Below are positions 38,756 through 52,488 of a stretch of 64,000 nt of DNA, piece after piece. Within the stretch, counting starts at the first letter, position 1; each line of letters opens with the position of its first letter. The notes under the pieces are model-generated. The model was not told the origin of the DNA. It ran no database searches and saw only the letters and a program-made list of their open reading frames with translations. The translations under genes were made by a program, and so were the position numbers. The DNA is from Takakia lepidozioides (lineage: Eukaryota > Plantae > Bryophyta), in contig CM060733.1 in NCBI GenBank assembly GCA_030704615.1, positions 36,952,001 to 37,016,000 on the forward strand, given 5' to 3'.

Positions 38756-39607
38756 TTGACTAATATTAGGGGAAGCAAAAGTAAAGGTGAAGACCGCAAG
38801 GAGAGTAGAAGACGAGGCTGCCGTGTAAACTTCCTGCGAGACAGGGGGGGTGCAATGACGAAAGACTTTCAGAAAAAGGAGACCAACAAGAATTTGCTGC
38901 TGAATCCAAAAAAGAGATGGTGGCTAAACAAATTGATTTGGGATTCACTCAGGCGAAATCAAGGCAACAGGTGCGACAGTATAGTTGAAATGCCGGATGA
39001 AGAAACCACTCGTCCAAGTTTCGCCTTATCTGTATTAGCCGACAAACCACACCAACCTCATCAGCCATGCATTCAGAATCATCGCTAGAAGCACCCGCGA
39101 AGATCCCTGTTCTCAGTCCACCCCATGTGAATATCTGTCAGAAAACCACACTCCGGGGGAGACCAACGGAAGAGAAGAATGACATCGTTCAAATACTCCG
39201 AACAGCTCTCCCAGCGTGTGGAGATCCACTTCTATCTACACAATTCAGTCGCATCACTGGTGCAGCAACAGACAGCCAAGCTCCATACCAATACATAGCC
39301 ACCATGTGCAAATGCAAACAATCTACAACCACAAAAGCATCCTCGCACCTTTGTTACAGGAGACCGATCCATATGTGAGCAGCAGCTGATCGTGTGAAAC
39401 ACAAAGACGCAGAAGCACACCACACCGACTGTGAGCGCACAGGTGCTCCCCTTGAGACTTTATGGACCCTTCCCTCACTCTCGCATAAACGATTCACCTC
39501 GCTTAACCGTCCTGGGAACTTTTACCGTCCCGTTGATGGCCGTTTTTGGATGAATGCTGACGTTTTCTGGCAAAGCTTGGATGTATCGGATGGAAAGGTC
39601 GGCGGGA

Positions 39608-39678
39608 AATAATAATAATAATAATAATGCAATAATTCGTCAGCGGTAGTAATAATAATAATAATGAAATAATAATAA
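39608..39678. repeat. (AAT)n microsatellites
   Basis: Direct inspection. Confidence 0.9.
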
Positions 39679-41353
39679 AAACATTCCCGCGAAGGATCGT
39701 GGCCCTCCCAGTTTGGAAAAGCTCTTCTTGAGGCTTTTGATGTCTCGTGGGCCAAGAGCACCCTCCTCTCCACGCCTATTCACGAACTCAGACAGCATGA
39801 TTCACTCCCCGGCATTGGGACCTAGCCTAGTGATGGAGAAGAGAGGGACGCAAATTGGAGGCACAAACGCATTCGCAATGGCAAAATCAAGCCTCGATTT
39901 CGTTTAGTTGATTGAAAGGGCCCGTCCCCTGCTAAAGAGATTGGGTGTGTGTTATTGTCCATCTCTGGGGTCGGGGCTTTGGGTCTTGTTTTTCATGCTT
40001 ACTTATGTAGGGATTCTTTGGTTAGCAGACCATATTGAGGTTGGTAGAGACCCCTTGTTTGATGTTCGGATCTTCTAGTTAGAGTTTCGAATTCCCAACC
40101 CTCGTCTTGGGCCTTTGTTTTCGGAGGAGTTGAGGATGATGACGAATGTGGTCTGGTTTCTAAGGGAGCTCTTCCATCTCTTGGAGTTTGGGTTGGCTTG
40201 GATAGTGGAGTTGGAAGCTACCCAACTCATTTTTGTCTTTTCAGCAACTAGAACTTGCTTACAAGCTCATTTCCCCTCTCTCACCTTTTTAAGCCAAATG
40301 GAGTGGCAAATGGCCCATATGAACACGTCGATTCATCGGAAGTTCTAAAGTAATATTTACAAACGAAAGTTTGGTACTCTCCCAAGCTTGGAGAACGATT
40401 TTGATTGGCCTAACAAAGATATTTTTTCAAGCCTCGTGTTGCATTTGACATGACCGTGTAGCTTCATATATGTTATATGCAAAAAGATCATCTAGCTCCT
40501 CGCATCCAGCCCCGTGCCTTGCATTTGTTTTTTTCACACTCCATATGAATAAACATGACATTTTCGTGTAAAAGACGGAATGTGCTGACACGATATGGCA
40601 TGTTGAGCGCACTCCCGTGGGGTCAAGAATGGATTGCACCGTGTCATGGTTTTAGTCATGGTTATCTAGAATTACCTACTTCTAGTTAACTAGGACATTT
40701 TAGATATTTATATTTATATTTTGTGTGTTGGGACTTCTCACATGCCAAGTGAGGTGTCGAGCCTCACTTGAGACATGGAGATAGGTTTTCCCCTTGTGAG
40801 TGTTGAGGAGGCTCATCTTCTTGTAGTTGAGCCTCCATGAGCTTCTCTCACCTCCATAGCTCTAGGTATTGAGAGGGAGTGTGTTGAGGGCTTTGTAGGG
40901 TGGATTCCTTTAGCAAAGGTGTCCTTCGCTTGACTTAGTTTATGTGATAGAGTGGATTTCACTTGGAAGGACTAGGGCTTGTTCTTCATGTGATTGCTTC
41001 ATGCTTTGAGTGTCGCGCACCTCACTTCGGTAAGCTCCCATTCAAGTCATAGTTACTCGCTTTGATGCGCGCGCCTAACTCCCAACCTGGCCGCCGGGCC
41101 AACTTGGAGCTTCGGCTGCTCACCGGGGCATAACGGTCCCCCTTTGATCTCCCAAGAACCCTCCACCGATTTGGGCCCAGCGGGAATTCCCTTTGGTAGT
41201 TGGCAGTCCGGAACATCTCCCCAATTTTTGGTCGCTTTCCGGCTCGCTCGCTTACTCACTAGTTTTTGGTCACCAACGGGCTTGCACCGTTCTCGGGGTT
41301 ACTACTCCCTATATATACTTCTGTAGCTGTCCGCGGGGGTTTCACAAACAACC

Positions 41354-44300
41354 TGTTCCGGACTGCCATCTAACAAAGGGAATTCCACTAGTCCCAAATA
41401 GGTAGAGGGTTTAGTGGGAAGCGAAAGGGGACCATTATACCCCGGTGAGCAGCCGAAGCTCCAAGTTGGCCCGGCGGCCAGGTTGGGAGTCAGGCGCGCG
41501 CATCAAAGCGAGTAACTATGACGTGAAGGGGAGCTTACCGAAGGGAGGTGCGCGACACTTGGTATCAGAGCTTAGAGTTCAGTACACGATCGTCCTTGGG
41601 ATTGGCCTCATAATGGGTCGGGCAAGCCGAAGCGAAAGCGGAACGGCCCAAAAGATGATGATCCTGGTGAGCCCGATGGTCACCGAGGCGGCCGTTTGAG
41701 GAAGCGATGAATGTTTCCGAAAACGAGGCCGCTCAAGAGCGGGAGGAATCCGAGGAGTCGGAGCCTGAGGAATCCTTGAGAGCTCCGACAAACCAAGAGA
41801 TGCCTCCCATGTCGGCAGCCTTTTGGGAAGGGTTGTTGGCGCAGTTTGGCGGGACGTTGAAAGACGTGTTGAAGGCGGCTAATGCCACTTCCACAAAGGC
41901 AAAGTTTAAAGTGAAGCCTAAGGAACCCGGCACCTTCGAGGGCGTCCGAAATCGGAAGGCACTCAACACCTGGCTCCTGGAGCTAGAGGTACTTCGAGGA
42001 TCGGGTGGAAGTGGCTCCTACCTATTTGAGGGGCTATGCTCAACAATGGTGGCAGAAACGCCTTCACGACCGAGGTCCAAGCCCGGAAACCTTGAACTAG
42101 AGTGGGTTCAAGGAATTGATGAAGAGACAGTTTGTGCCCCCTCAACGCGTCCTGGCTTGCCCGGACAAGATGAGGAATTTGAAGCAAACAGACGACATTC
42201 GGGGATATGTCCAGGCTTTCAATGTGCTTTTGCTCGAAGTCGCGGATATGGCAGAACCGGAAATGGTCTTCAACTTTGTGGCGGGACTGAAGACCGCGTG
42301 CAGGACAAGGTATGGTTCATATGAGTTCTTGTTAATGCCTTTTGGGCTCACCATGCACCTGCGACCTTTAGCACGCTGATGAACAGCCTTTTCTAGGAGT
42401 GGTTGGATGACTTTGTGATCGTGTACATCGACGACATCTTGGTGTATTCGAAACAAAAGGAGGAGCACCTGGAGCATCTCGAAAGGGTGTTCCAGAAAAT
42501 TGCGAGAAGGAAGCTGTATGCCAAAGCTTCAAAGTGCGAATTCGGGGTCACAAAGTGGAGTTCCTGGGGCATGTGATTACACAGGATGGGAATCAAAATG
42601 GATGACAGGAAGGTGAGGGCAATTTGGACTGGGAGCCTCCGACTTCGGTCCCGGGAGTGTGATCCTTCCTAGGACTCGCCTCCTATTACCGGAAGTATGT
42701 GAGAAATTTCGCCAAAAATCGCGGGGCCGCTGTCAGACCTTCTGTGTAAATCTAAAGTCTGGGCATGGAACACCTTTTGTGGCCAAGCTTTTGCTGAATT
42801 GAAGCAGCGGATGGCGGAAGCTCCAGTCTTGAAATCCCGGAGTTCGATCGTCCGTTTGAGATATATACAGATGCGTCGGACTTCGCGATTGGTGGTGTGC
42901 TGATGCAAGATGGACGTCCAGTGGCTTACGAAAGTAAGAAACTGAATGAAGTGGAATGACGGTGGCCGACGCACGAGAAAGAGATGAAGGCGGTGGTGCA
43001 CTGTCTTGAGCTTTGGCGCCACTATGTTGGTTCCAACCCAGTGAAGGTGTTCACGGACAATGTCACGGTGAAGTATTTTGCCACGCAGCCAAGTTGTCCC
43101 CAAAACAACTTAGGTGGCAAGATACTTTGGCGGTGTTCGACGTGGATATCCAGTACAACCGGGACGAGACAACGTGGTGCCGATGCTTTAAGTAGAAAGC
43201 AGCAGCTCTTGTAGGTGTACAAGGGCGAGACGGCGCTCCAAAGGAAGATCCGGAAGGCGTGCCGGAAGGATGAGCTGGCAAAGTCCGTGATGCAGGACTT
43301 GAGGATGGGGGTTAAATCGCAGTTCCACTTCAAAATTGGACTGCTCTGGTATAAGCAAAGCGTCTCTACGTGCCGAAGGGAGGGATCAGAGATAGCCTCT
43401 TGAGAGAATGCCATGATAGCCCGCTTGCGGGCCACGGAGGAGCCAAGCGCACTGCGGCACTCTTGAAGAAAGAGTATTTCTAGCCCAAACTGAGGGAGGA
43501 GGCGGAGGAGTATGTCAAGACATGCACCACATGCCAACAAAACCGGAGCGAGTACAAAAAGCAAGCGGGGCTGTTACAACCCTTGCCGATTCCAGAGGGG
43601 ACTTGGGAAAGCGTCTCGATGGATTTCATGACTGCTATGCCGCTGTCAAAAGGATTCGATGCAATCATGGTGGTGGTGGATAGGTTCAGTAAAATGGGTC
43701 ATTTCATCCCCACCAAGGAGACGGCAACGGCGCAGGAGACAGGGCGACTTTACTTCGCCCACGTCTTAAAGCATCATGGAGTCCCGAAGGATATTGTCTC
43801 GGACCGCGATCCAAAGTTTACGAGTAAATTTTGGAGGGCACTTTGGAAGAAGATGGGGACGAGGCTGAAGATGAGCACCGCCTTCTGACCTACGACCGAC
43901 GGCCAAACAGAAAGAGTGAATTCCGTAGTGAAACAGATCCTGCGGAATTACGTGTCGGCAGACCAAACAGACTGGGTGGAACACTTAGACGCGGCAGAGT
44001 TCTGTTATAATAACACAGAACACTCCGCAAAGAGAGTTTCCCCTTTTGTATTGGTCTATGGAAAAGCACCCCTGGTGCCGACAAGTTGGGCCGCCCAGGA
44101 CGTCGAGGAACCGGCAGTAGCGGCGATACTGGAAGAACGCGAGCGTTAGTTGAAGCTCGCAAAGTACAACATTGCCAAAGCTAGGAAACGGTATGAAAGG
44201 CAGGCGAATCGGAAGCGGAGGGAAGTGAAGTTTGAGGCAGGCACGGAGGTCTGGTTGAACATCAAGAATTCCCGACTACCTCCGGAAGTGAGTCCGCCGT

Positions 44301-46303
44301 ATGCGAGACCCTTTCACATTCGGAAGGTTATGAATGAGGATGTGTATGAATTGGAGCTGCCGGCAAACAGCAAGGTGCACCCCGTATTCCATGTCTCCCT
44401 TTTGAAGCCTTACTTCAAAGATGAAGTGCGTCCGAATCGGCATCAAGTGTTGCGTCCGCCACCTATGCTGTTGGATCATGAAAATGAACCTGAGTACGAG
44501 GTGGAGGCAATACTTAAGTCGAGGAGGTTCAAGAACCGAGAAACGGAGTATCTCGTCAAATGGAAGGGCTATCATCATGTGGAGGCATCTTGGGTGCGTG
44601 CCTCAGAAATGGGAAACGCATCCGAGGCGGTTGCAGCTTTCGAAGGGCGACCTCCAAAGCGGAAGAAACGTTGATAGGGACATCAACCTTGGAGCGTGGG
44701 GGAGGAAATGCATGCTTAGCCCGGCTTAGCTAGCTCAGAAATTCGATTACAAAAACTTGTATTGTACAAAAATTTGTTATAAAGGAAATGGGTTCCAAAT
44801 GTTGTGCGTCCTATTTTGTTTGGAATGGTGATGCATGGTATGGTTGGCTAGTCTGTACAATGCATGCTAGCTTATAAAAGTGGGAGAGGTAAATTGGGTT
44901 AATCGTGTGTTTGCGTAGTGCCGAAATCGGGTGACCCCCATCCAAGGGGCAAGGAAACTTGCGACTTTCTTTTGGAGTTCACGTGCTAGGCGCACCTGGC
45001 GCGTGCGTGTACTATAACTGCGCTAACCGAGGGGGTTGCCTTGTAGTGCGGGCTAACGTGGAAGCTACGTGCTTCCGTTCACGTACTATAATCGTGTAGC
45101 CTCGGGACGAAGTCGTAGTGCGGCTTCGGCGTGTTCCCATACCTCAGGCCAGCATTCCAAGGCGGACCCAATTGTAGTGATTGGGCGCACGGTTGGTTCA
45201 AGGTTATCTTCCTAGTCAAACAGGGTTCCAGGGAACCCTTGCTTAAGGTGATGCCAAAAGCGGCATCATGAGCGATCGCAAGCAATGTTGTTGCAGTAAG
45301 GCGATTCGATCCTCGGGGAGGATCGTTCCTTGGCCTTGAAGTAGGCCAAGAAGAGTGCACTGGGAGGAGCTGGAGAGGCTCCACCCTTGGCCGGGACTTG
45401 GAGGAAGTCGGCCGAACTAGCTAGTGGAGAGTAGAGTCAAGTGTGGGGTTTGGTTCTTTGCCATGGGATGCCATGGTGCGGAAACAAACTCCTTGATGTG
45501 GGACGCCACATCTTGGATGTTCGTTTCTACAAAATGGACAAGTCGATGAGGACATCGACTCCCTGTTGGTAGGGGTGTGTGTCGCGGCCCTTTGCCTTGA
45601 GGGCAGGGGGTCGGGACACATGAGGGGCTGCCCCTGTGGTGGGGGCATCGGCAGCGATAGGTATGGGGGGCTGAAGCACCCTTGAGTGCCCAAAGCACTG
45701 AAGGAGGCGGAGGCGCTCACTAGGTGGAGCCCCGCACACCGGGTTGCGGTGGGGGTGGCTCCACAAGGGGTGGTGGTAGCTTAGCGGGACTTAGTGGGGG
45801 TGGCATAGGACTCACCATGGGGGCGGAGACCTCGTGGTGGGAGTCGTGGGGAGTCTTGGGACTCATCACGGTCCATAGGGGCCGTGGTGAGTGGGCCAAG
45901 ACTCACCGCGACTCATCACCGGAGTCGAGGGTTTTCGTGGTGGTTCGCCATAAAATGGCATGGCTGGTTATGAAACCCCCGCAGACAGCTACAGAAGTAT
46001 ATATAGGGAGTAGTAACCCCGAGAACGGTGCAAGCCCGTTGGTGACCAAAAACTAGTGAGTAAGCGAGCGAGCCGGAAAGCGACCAAAGAGTGGGGAGCT
46101 GTTCCGGACTACCATCTACCAAAGGGAATTCCACTAGTCCCAAATAGGTGGAGGGTTTAGTAGGAAGCGAAGGGGGACCGTTATGTCCTGGTGAGCAGCC
46201 AAAGCTCCAAGTTGGCCCGGCGGCCAGGTTGGGAGTTAGGCGCGCGCATCAAAGCGAGTAACTATGACGTGAAGGGGAGCTTACCGAAAGGAGGTGCGCG
46301 ACA
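41354..46303 (+). mobile_element. Chromovirus element A, internally deleted, inserted in opposite orientation into element B
   Basis: Partial 5' LTR 41354-41557; PBS TGGTATCAGAGC 41560-41571. Gag is joined directly to RT near 42288 (about 1.45 kb missing relative to B), followed by RNaseH, IN and chromodomain (44150-44674). PPT GGTAGGGG precedes the full 3' LTR 45580-46303. Confidence 0.9.
45580..46303 (+). repeat. Complete ~724-bp LTR of element A
   Basis: TGTCGCG...CGCGACA termini; near-identical in reverse complement to 51762-52488. Confidence 0.92.
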
Positions 46304-47144
46304 CAAGTTGTGGCGTCCCACATCAAGGATTTGTTTCCGTACCATGGCGTCCCATGGCAAAGAACCAAACCCCACACATGACTCTACTCTCCACTAGCTA
46401 GTTCGGCCGACTTCCTCCAAGTCCCGGCCAAGGGTGGAGCCTCTCCAGCTCCTCCCAGTGCACTCTTCTTGGCCTACTTCAAGGCCAAGGAACGATCCTC
46501 CCCGAGGATCGAATCGCCTTATTTGCAACAACATTGCTTGCAATCGCTCATGATGTCGCCTTTGGCATCACCTTGCGCAAGGGTTCACCTCAAACCCCCT
46601 TTGACTAGGAAGATAACCTTGAACCAACCGTGCGCCCCAATCACTACAATTGGGTCCGTCTTGGAATGTTGGCCTGAGTACGGGGACACGTCGAAGCCGC
46701 ACTACGACTTCGTTCCGAGGCTACACGATTATAGTACGTGAACGGAAGCACGTAGCTTCCGCGTTAGCCCGCACTACAAGGCAACCACCTCGGTAGCGCA
46801 GTTATAGTACGCGCACGCGCCAGGTGCGCACTAACACGTGAACTCCAAAAGAAGGCGCATGTTTCCTTGCCCCTTGGATGGGGGTCACCCGATTTTGGCA
46901 CTACGCAAACACACGATTAACCCAATTTACCTCTCCTACTTTTGTAAGCTAGCATGCATTCTACACACTAGCCAACCACACCATGCATCACCATTCCAAA
47001 CAAAATAGGACGCACAACATTTGGAACCCATTTCCTTTATAACAAATTTTTGTACAATACAAGTTTTTGCAATCGGATTTCTGAGCTAGCTAAGCCGGGC
47101 TAAGCATGCATTTCCTCCCCCACGCTCCAAGGTTGATGTCCCCA

Positions 47145-50100
47145 TCAACGCTTCTTCTGCTTTTGAGGTCGCCCTTCGAAAACTGCAACCGCCTCGGATG
47201 CGTTTCCCATTTCTGAGGCACGCACCCAAGATACCTCCACATGATGATAGCCCTTCCATTTGACGAGATACTCCGTTTCTCGGTTCTTGAACCTCCTCGA
47301 CTTAAGAACTGCCTCCACCTCGTACTCAGGTTTATTTTCATGATCCAACAGCATAGGTGGCGGACGCAACACTTGATGCCGATTCGGACGCGCTTCATCT
47401 TTGAAGTAAGGCTTCAAAAGGGAGACGTGGAATACTGGATGCACCTTGCTGTTTGCCGGCAGATCTAGTTCATACACATTCTCATTCATAACCTTCCGGA
47501 TGCGAAAGGGTCCCACATACGGAGGTACGAACTTTGGACTCACTTCCGGAGGTAGTCGGAAATTCTTGATGTTCAACCAAACCTCCGTGCCTGCCTCAAA
47601 CTTCATTTCCCTCCGCTTCCGATTCGCCTACCTTTCATACCGTTTCCTAGCTTTGGCAATGTTGTACTTTGCGAGCTTCAACTAACGCTCGCGTTCTTCC
47701 AGTACCGCCGCTACTGCCGGTTCCTCAACGTCCTGGGCGGCCCAACTTGTCGGCACCAGAGGTGCTTTACCATAGACCAATACGAAAGGGGAAACTCTCG
47801 TTGCGGAGTGTTCTGTGTTATTATAACAGAACTTTGTCACGTCTAAGTGTTCCACCTAGTCTGTTTGGTCTGCCGACACGTAATTCCGCAAGATCTGCTT
47901 CACTACAAAATTCACTCTTTCTGTCTGGCCGTCTGTCGTAGATCGGAAGGCAGTGCTCATCTTCAGCCTCGTCCCCATCTTCTTCCAAAGTGCCCTCCAA
48001 AATTTACTCATAAACTTTGGATCGCGGTCCGAGACAATATCCTTCGGGACTCCATGATGCTTTAAGACGTGGGCGAAGTAAAGTCGCCCTTTTTCCTGTG
48101 CCGTTGCCGTCTCCTTGGTGGGGATGAAATGACCCATTTTACTGAACCTATCCACCACCACCATGATTGCATCGAATCCTTTTGACAGCGGCATAGCAGT
48201 CATGAAATCCATCGAGACGCTTTCCCAAGTCCCCTCTGGAATCGGCAAGGGTTGTAACAACCCCGCTTGCTTTTTGTACTCGCTCCGGTTTTGTTGGCAT
48301 GTGGTGCATGTCTTGACATACTCCTCTGCCTCCTCCCTCAGTTTGGGCCTGAAATACTCTTTCTTCAAGAGTGCCGCAGTGCGCTTGGCTCCGCCGTGGC
48401 CCGCAAGCGGGCTATCATGGCATTATCTCAAGAGGCTATCTCTGATCCCTCCCTTCGGCACGTAGAGACGCTTTTGCTTATACCGGAGCAGTCCATTTTG
48501 CAAGTGGAACTGCGATTTAACCCCCATCCTCAAGTCCTGCATCACGGACTTCGCCAGCTCATCCTTCCGGCAAGCCTTCCGGATCTTCCTTTGGAGCGCC
48601 GTCTCGCCCTTGTACACCAACAAGAGCTGCTGCTTTCTACTTAAAGCATCGGCCACCACGTTGTCTCGTCCCGGTTTGTATTGGATATCCACGTCGAACA
48701 CCGCCAAAGTATCTTGCCACCTAAGTTGTTTTGGGGACAACTTGGGCTGCGTGGCAAAATACTTCACCGTGACATTGTCCGTGAACACCTTCACTGGGTT
48801 GGAACCAACATAGTGGCGCCAAAGCTCAAGACAGTGCACCACCGCCTTCATCTCTTTCTCGTGCGTCGGCCACCGTCGTTCCACTTCATTCAATTTCTTA
48901 CTTTCGTAAGCCACTGGACGTCCATCTTGCATCAGCACACCACCAATCGCGAAGTCCGACGCATCTGTATGTATCTCAAACGGACGATCGAACTCCGGGA
49001 TTTTCAAGACTGGAGCTTCCGCCATCCGCTGCTTCAATTCAGCAAAAGCTTGGCCACAAAAGGTGTTCCATGCCTAGACTTTAGATTTACACAGAAGGTC
49101 TGACAGCGGCCCCGCGATTTTGGCGAAATTTCTCACATACTTCCGGTAATAGGAGGCGAGTCCTAGGAAGGATCGCACTCCCGGGACCGAAGTCGGAGGC
49201 TCCCAGTCCAAAATTGCCCTCACCTTCCTGTCATCAATTTTGATCCCATCCTGTGTAATCACATGCCCCAGGAACTCCACTTTTGTGACCCCGAATTCGC
49301 ACTTTGAAGCTTTGGCATACAGCTTCCCTTCTTGCAATTTCTGGAACACCCTTTCGAGATGCTTCAGGTGCTCCTCCTTTGTTTTCGAATACACCAAGAT
49401 GTCGTCGATGTACACGATCACAAAGTCATCCAACCACTCCTGGAAAAGGCTGTTCATCAGCGTGCTAAAGGTCGTAGGTGCATTGGTGAGCCCAAAAGGC
49501 ATCACCAAGAACTCATATGAACCATACCTTGTCCTGCACGCGGTCTTCTCCTCATCTCCTTCCGCCACCCGAATTTGATGATAGCCGGAGCGCAAGTCGA
49601 TCTGGCTGAAATACTTCGCTCCTGCCAACCGATCGAAGAGGTCGTCGATCCTTGGCAAAGGGTACCGGTTTTTGATAGTCACCTTATTCAGAGCCCTGTA
49701 ATCGACACACATCCGCAACGTCCCATCCTTTTTATCTGCAAATAGCACCGGGGCTCCGTAAGGTGACTTACTCGGCCGGATGTACCCCTTTGACATTAGA
49801 TCTTTGAGCTGAGTCTTCAGCTCGACCAACTCCCTGTGGCTCAACCGGTAGGGCGCCTTGGCAGGCGGTTCCGATCCCGGTATCATCTCAATCTTGTGGT
49901 CAACTCCTCTTCGCGGTGGCAAACCGCTTGGTAAATCCTCCGGCATCACATCCTGGTATTTCTCCAAAATCCCCCTGATCCAATCTGGGCTCGGCTCCCC
50001 ATCGCCTTCTCCCTTCACTTCTCTAATGTAGAGCAAAAACTGGGGCTCGTGTGCCTCCTCCACGACCCACTCCCTTGCTGATAGAAGGTTTACTCGCCCT

Positions 50101-51600
50101 CCCACGGGTTTGGGCATTTCCGACACTCGTAAGACCTCGCCACCATTCCCACATGGCAGCGTGACTACTCTCTTGCGGCCATCTATGACCGCTCCGGATT
50201 TGCTCAAAAAAGTCATCCCCAAAATGAGATCCACTCCATCGATCTCGCAGATGGTGAAGTTCTCACGTCCCTCCCAACTCCCTAGTTGAAGAGGAACATC
50301 AAACGCTAACCTTGTCGCCAGTTGTGGTTCTCCTTTGGCAGAACGCACCTCAATAGAGGCCCCCACGTCACTTGTCGGGAGTCCCAGCTTTTGTGCCGTT
50401 GCCAGTGTCATGAAGGAGTGCGACGCTCCTGTGTCCACCAACAACGACACATTAGTTCCGGATATTATCCCATCCACGAACAATAACTAACTCCCTTTAC
50501 GTAAGGCGCAAGTTTCCAAATACAACTCACAAGAAAATTTGCCTACCTTGCAAGTCCTGGCGACCACCGCTTCCACCAAGCGACTGATGGTATCTTCCGA
50601 CAGCTCTGTGGTCGCCCGAGTCATGTTCAATTGCCGGGGCTTCGTGCACTTCTTGGCCATGTGCCCGGGCTCCCCACAATTGAAACACACTCCATCAAAG
50701 GTTGCCTTCTGTCCGCCATAGGCCGCTCCACCCGCTTTTCCTTTCGAAGCACCGGGTGCCGCCTTGACTTGTGATGGCCCTCCCTTTGATTTCCACATGC
50801 CATTGTCGCCGCGTGGCCTATCCCACTTCTTTTCCGGTCGGAAGGAGTCACCTTCCCGCCGGGTCTTCTTGTGGTTCAGCTCCGTACGGCCTTGTCTTTC
50901 ACCCCTAGGGACATCTGAGAAATATTCAGCCCTCTCAATTGCCTCGTTCAAAGTCTTAGGTGGCTTCTCCTCCAACTTTCGTCTGGCCCATGGGGCCAGT
51001 CCCGCCACAAAGTTGAAGACCATTTCCGGTTCTGCCATGTCCGCGACTTCGAGCAAAATCATATTGAAAGCCTGGACATATCCCCGAATGTCGTCTGTTT
51101 GCTTCAAATTCCTCATCTTATCCCGGGCAAGCCAGGACGCGTTGAGGGGCACAAACTGTCTCTTCATCAATTCCTTGAACCCACTCCAGTTCAAGGTTTC
51201 CGGGCTTGGACCTCGGTCGTGAAGGCGTTTCTGCCACCATTGTTGAGCATAGCCCCTCAAATAGGTGGGAGCAACTTCCACCCGATCCTCGTCACTCAAC
51301 TTGGCCGCCCGGAAGTACTGCTCTAGCTCCAAGAGCCAGGTGTTGAGTGCCTTCCGATTTTGGATGCCCTCAAAGGTGCCGGGTTCCTTAGGCTTCACCT
51401 TAAACTTTGCCTTAGTGGAAGTGGCATTAGCCGCCCTCAACACGTCTTTCAGCGTCCCGCCAAACTGCGCCAACAACCCTTCCCAAAAGGCTGCCGGCAT
51501 GGGAGGCATCTATTGGTCGGTCGGAGCTCTCAGGGATTCCTCGGGCTCCAACTCCTCAGATTCCTCCCGCTCTTGAGCGGCCTCGTTTTCGGAAACATGC
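47145..51600 (-). pseudogene. Element B gag-pol: Gag (CCHC knuckle), protease, RT, RNaseH, integrase, chromodomain; one frame broken by stop codons
   Basis: CFNCGEPGHMAKKC; [10 protein letters not shown]; YIDDILVYS; TDASDFAIGGVL; VSMDF, VSDRDPKF, DGQTERVN; GPF; EYEVEAVL...EYLVKWKGY. ORFs 50487-51509, 49074-50483, 48423-49037 and 47856-48368 share one frame. Confidence 0.93.
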
Positions 51601-51761
51601 ATCGCTCCCTCAAACGGCCGCCTCGGTGACACGTCGCCCCCATCGGGCTCACCAGGATCATCATCTTTTGGGCCGTTCCGCTTTCGCTTCGGCTTGCCCG
51701 ACCCATTATGAGGCCAATCCCAAGGACGATCGTGTACTGAACTCTAAGCTCTGATACCAAG

Positions 51762-52488
51762 TGTCGCGCACCTCCCTTCGGTAAGCTCCCCTTCACGTCA
51801 TAGTTACTCGCTTTGATGCGCGCGCCTGACTCCCAACCTGGCCGCCGGGCCAACTTGGAGCTTCGGCTGCTCACCGGGGTATAACGGTCCCCCTTTGATC
51901 TCCCAAAGAACCCTCCACCAATTTGGGCCCAGCGGGAATTCTCTTTGATAGTTGGAAGTCCGGAACAGCTCCCCACTCTTTGGTCGCTTTCCGGCTCGCT
52001 CGCTTACTCACTAGTTTTTGGTCACCAACGGGCTTGCACCATTCTCGGGGTTACTACTCCCTATATATACTTCTATAGCTGTCCGCAGGGGTTTCACAAA
52101 CAACCATGCCATTTTATGGCGAACCACCACGAAAACCCTCGACTCCCGGTGATGAGTCGCAGTGAGTCTTGGCCCACCCACCACGGCCCCTATGGACCGT
52201 GATGAGTCCCAAGACTCCCCACGACTCCCACCACGAGGTTGCCACCCCAAGGTGAGTCCTATGCCACCCCCACTAAGTCCCGCTAAGCTACCACCACCCC
52301 TTTGTGAAGCCACCCCCACCGCATCCCGGTGTGCGGGGCTCCACCTAGTGAGCACCTCCGCCTCCTTGAGTGCTTTGGGCACTCAAGGGTGCTTCAGCCC
52401 CCCGTACCTATCGCTGCCACTGCCCCCACCATAGGGGCAGCCCCTCATGTGTCCCGACCCCCTGCCCTCAAGGCAAAGGGCCGCGATA
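51762..52488 (-). repeat. Complete ~727-bp 5' LTR of element B
   Basis: Adjacent to the PBS and the TSD; the terminal CA reads TA on the + strand. Confidence 0.92.

Larger units (their letters stand above)
41011..52488 (-). mobile_element. Chromovirus (Ty3/Gypsy) element B, with sister element A nested inside; 5-bp TSD TTGAG
   Basis: TTGAG at 41006-41010 and 52489-52493. 5' LTR 51762-52488; Met-i PBS (TGGTATCAGAGC, minus strand 51748-51759); partial 3' LTR 41011-41353. Confidence 0.92.

Noticed and set aside
42300-43400. Dense frameshifts in element A as evidence of great age or programmed frameshifting
   Set aside because: Many are single-base homopolymer shortenings relative to B, typical of long-read consensus error, so they cannot be interpreted without reads.
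47241-51576. Numerous plus-strand ORFs over element B, and similar antisense ORFs over host exons
   Set aside because: They are shadow ORFs on the strand opposite genuine coding sequence.
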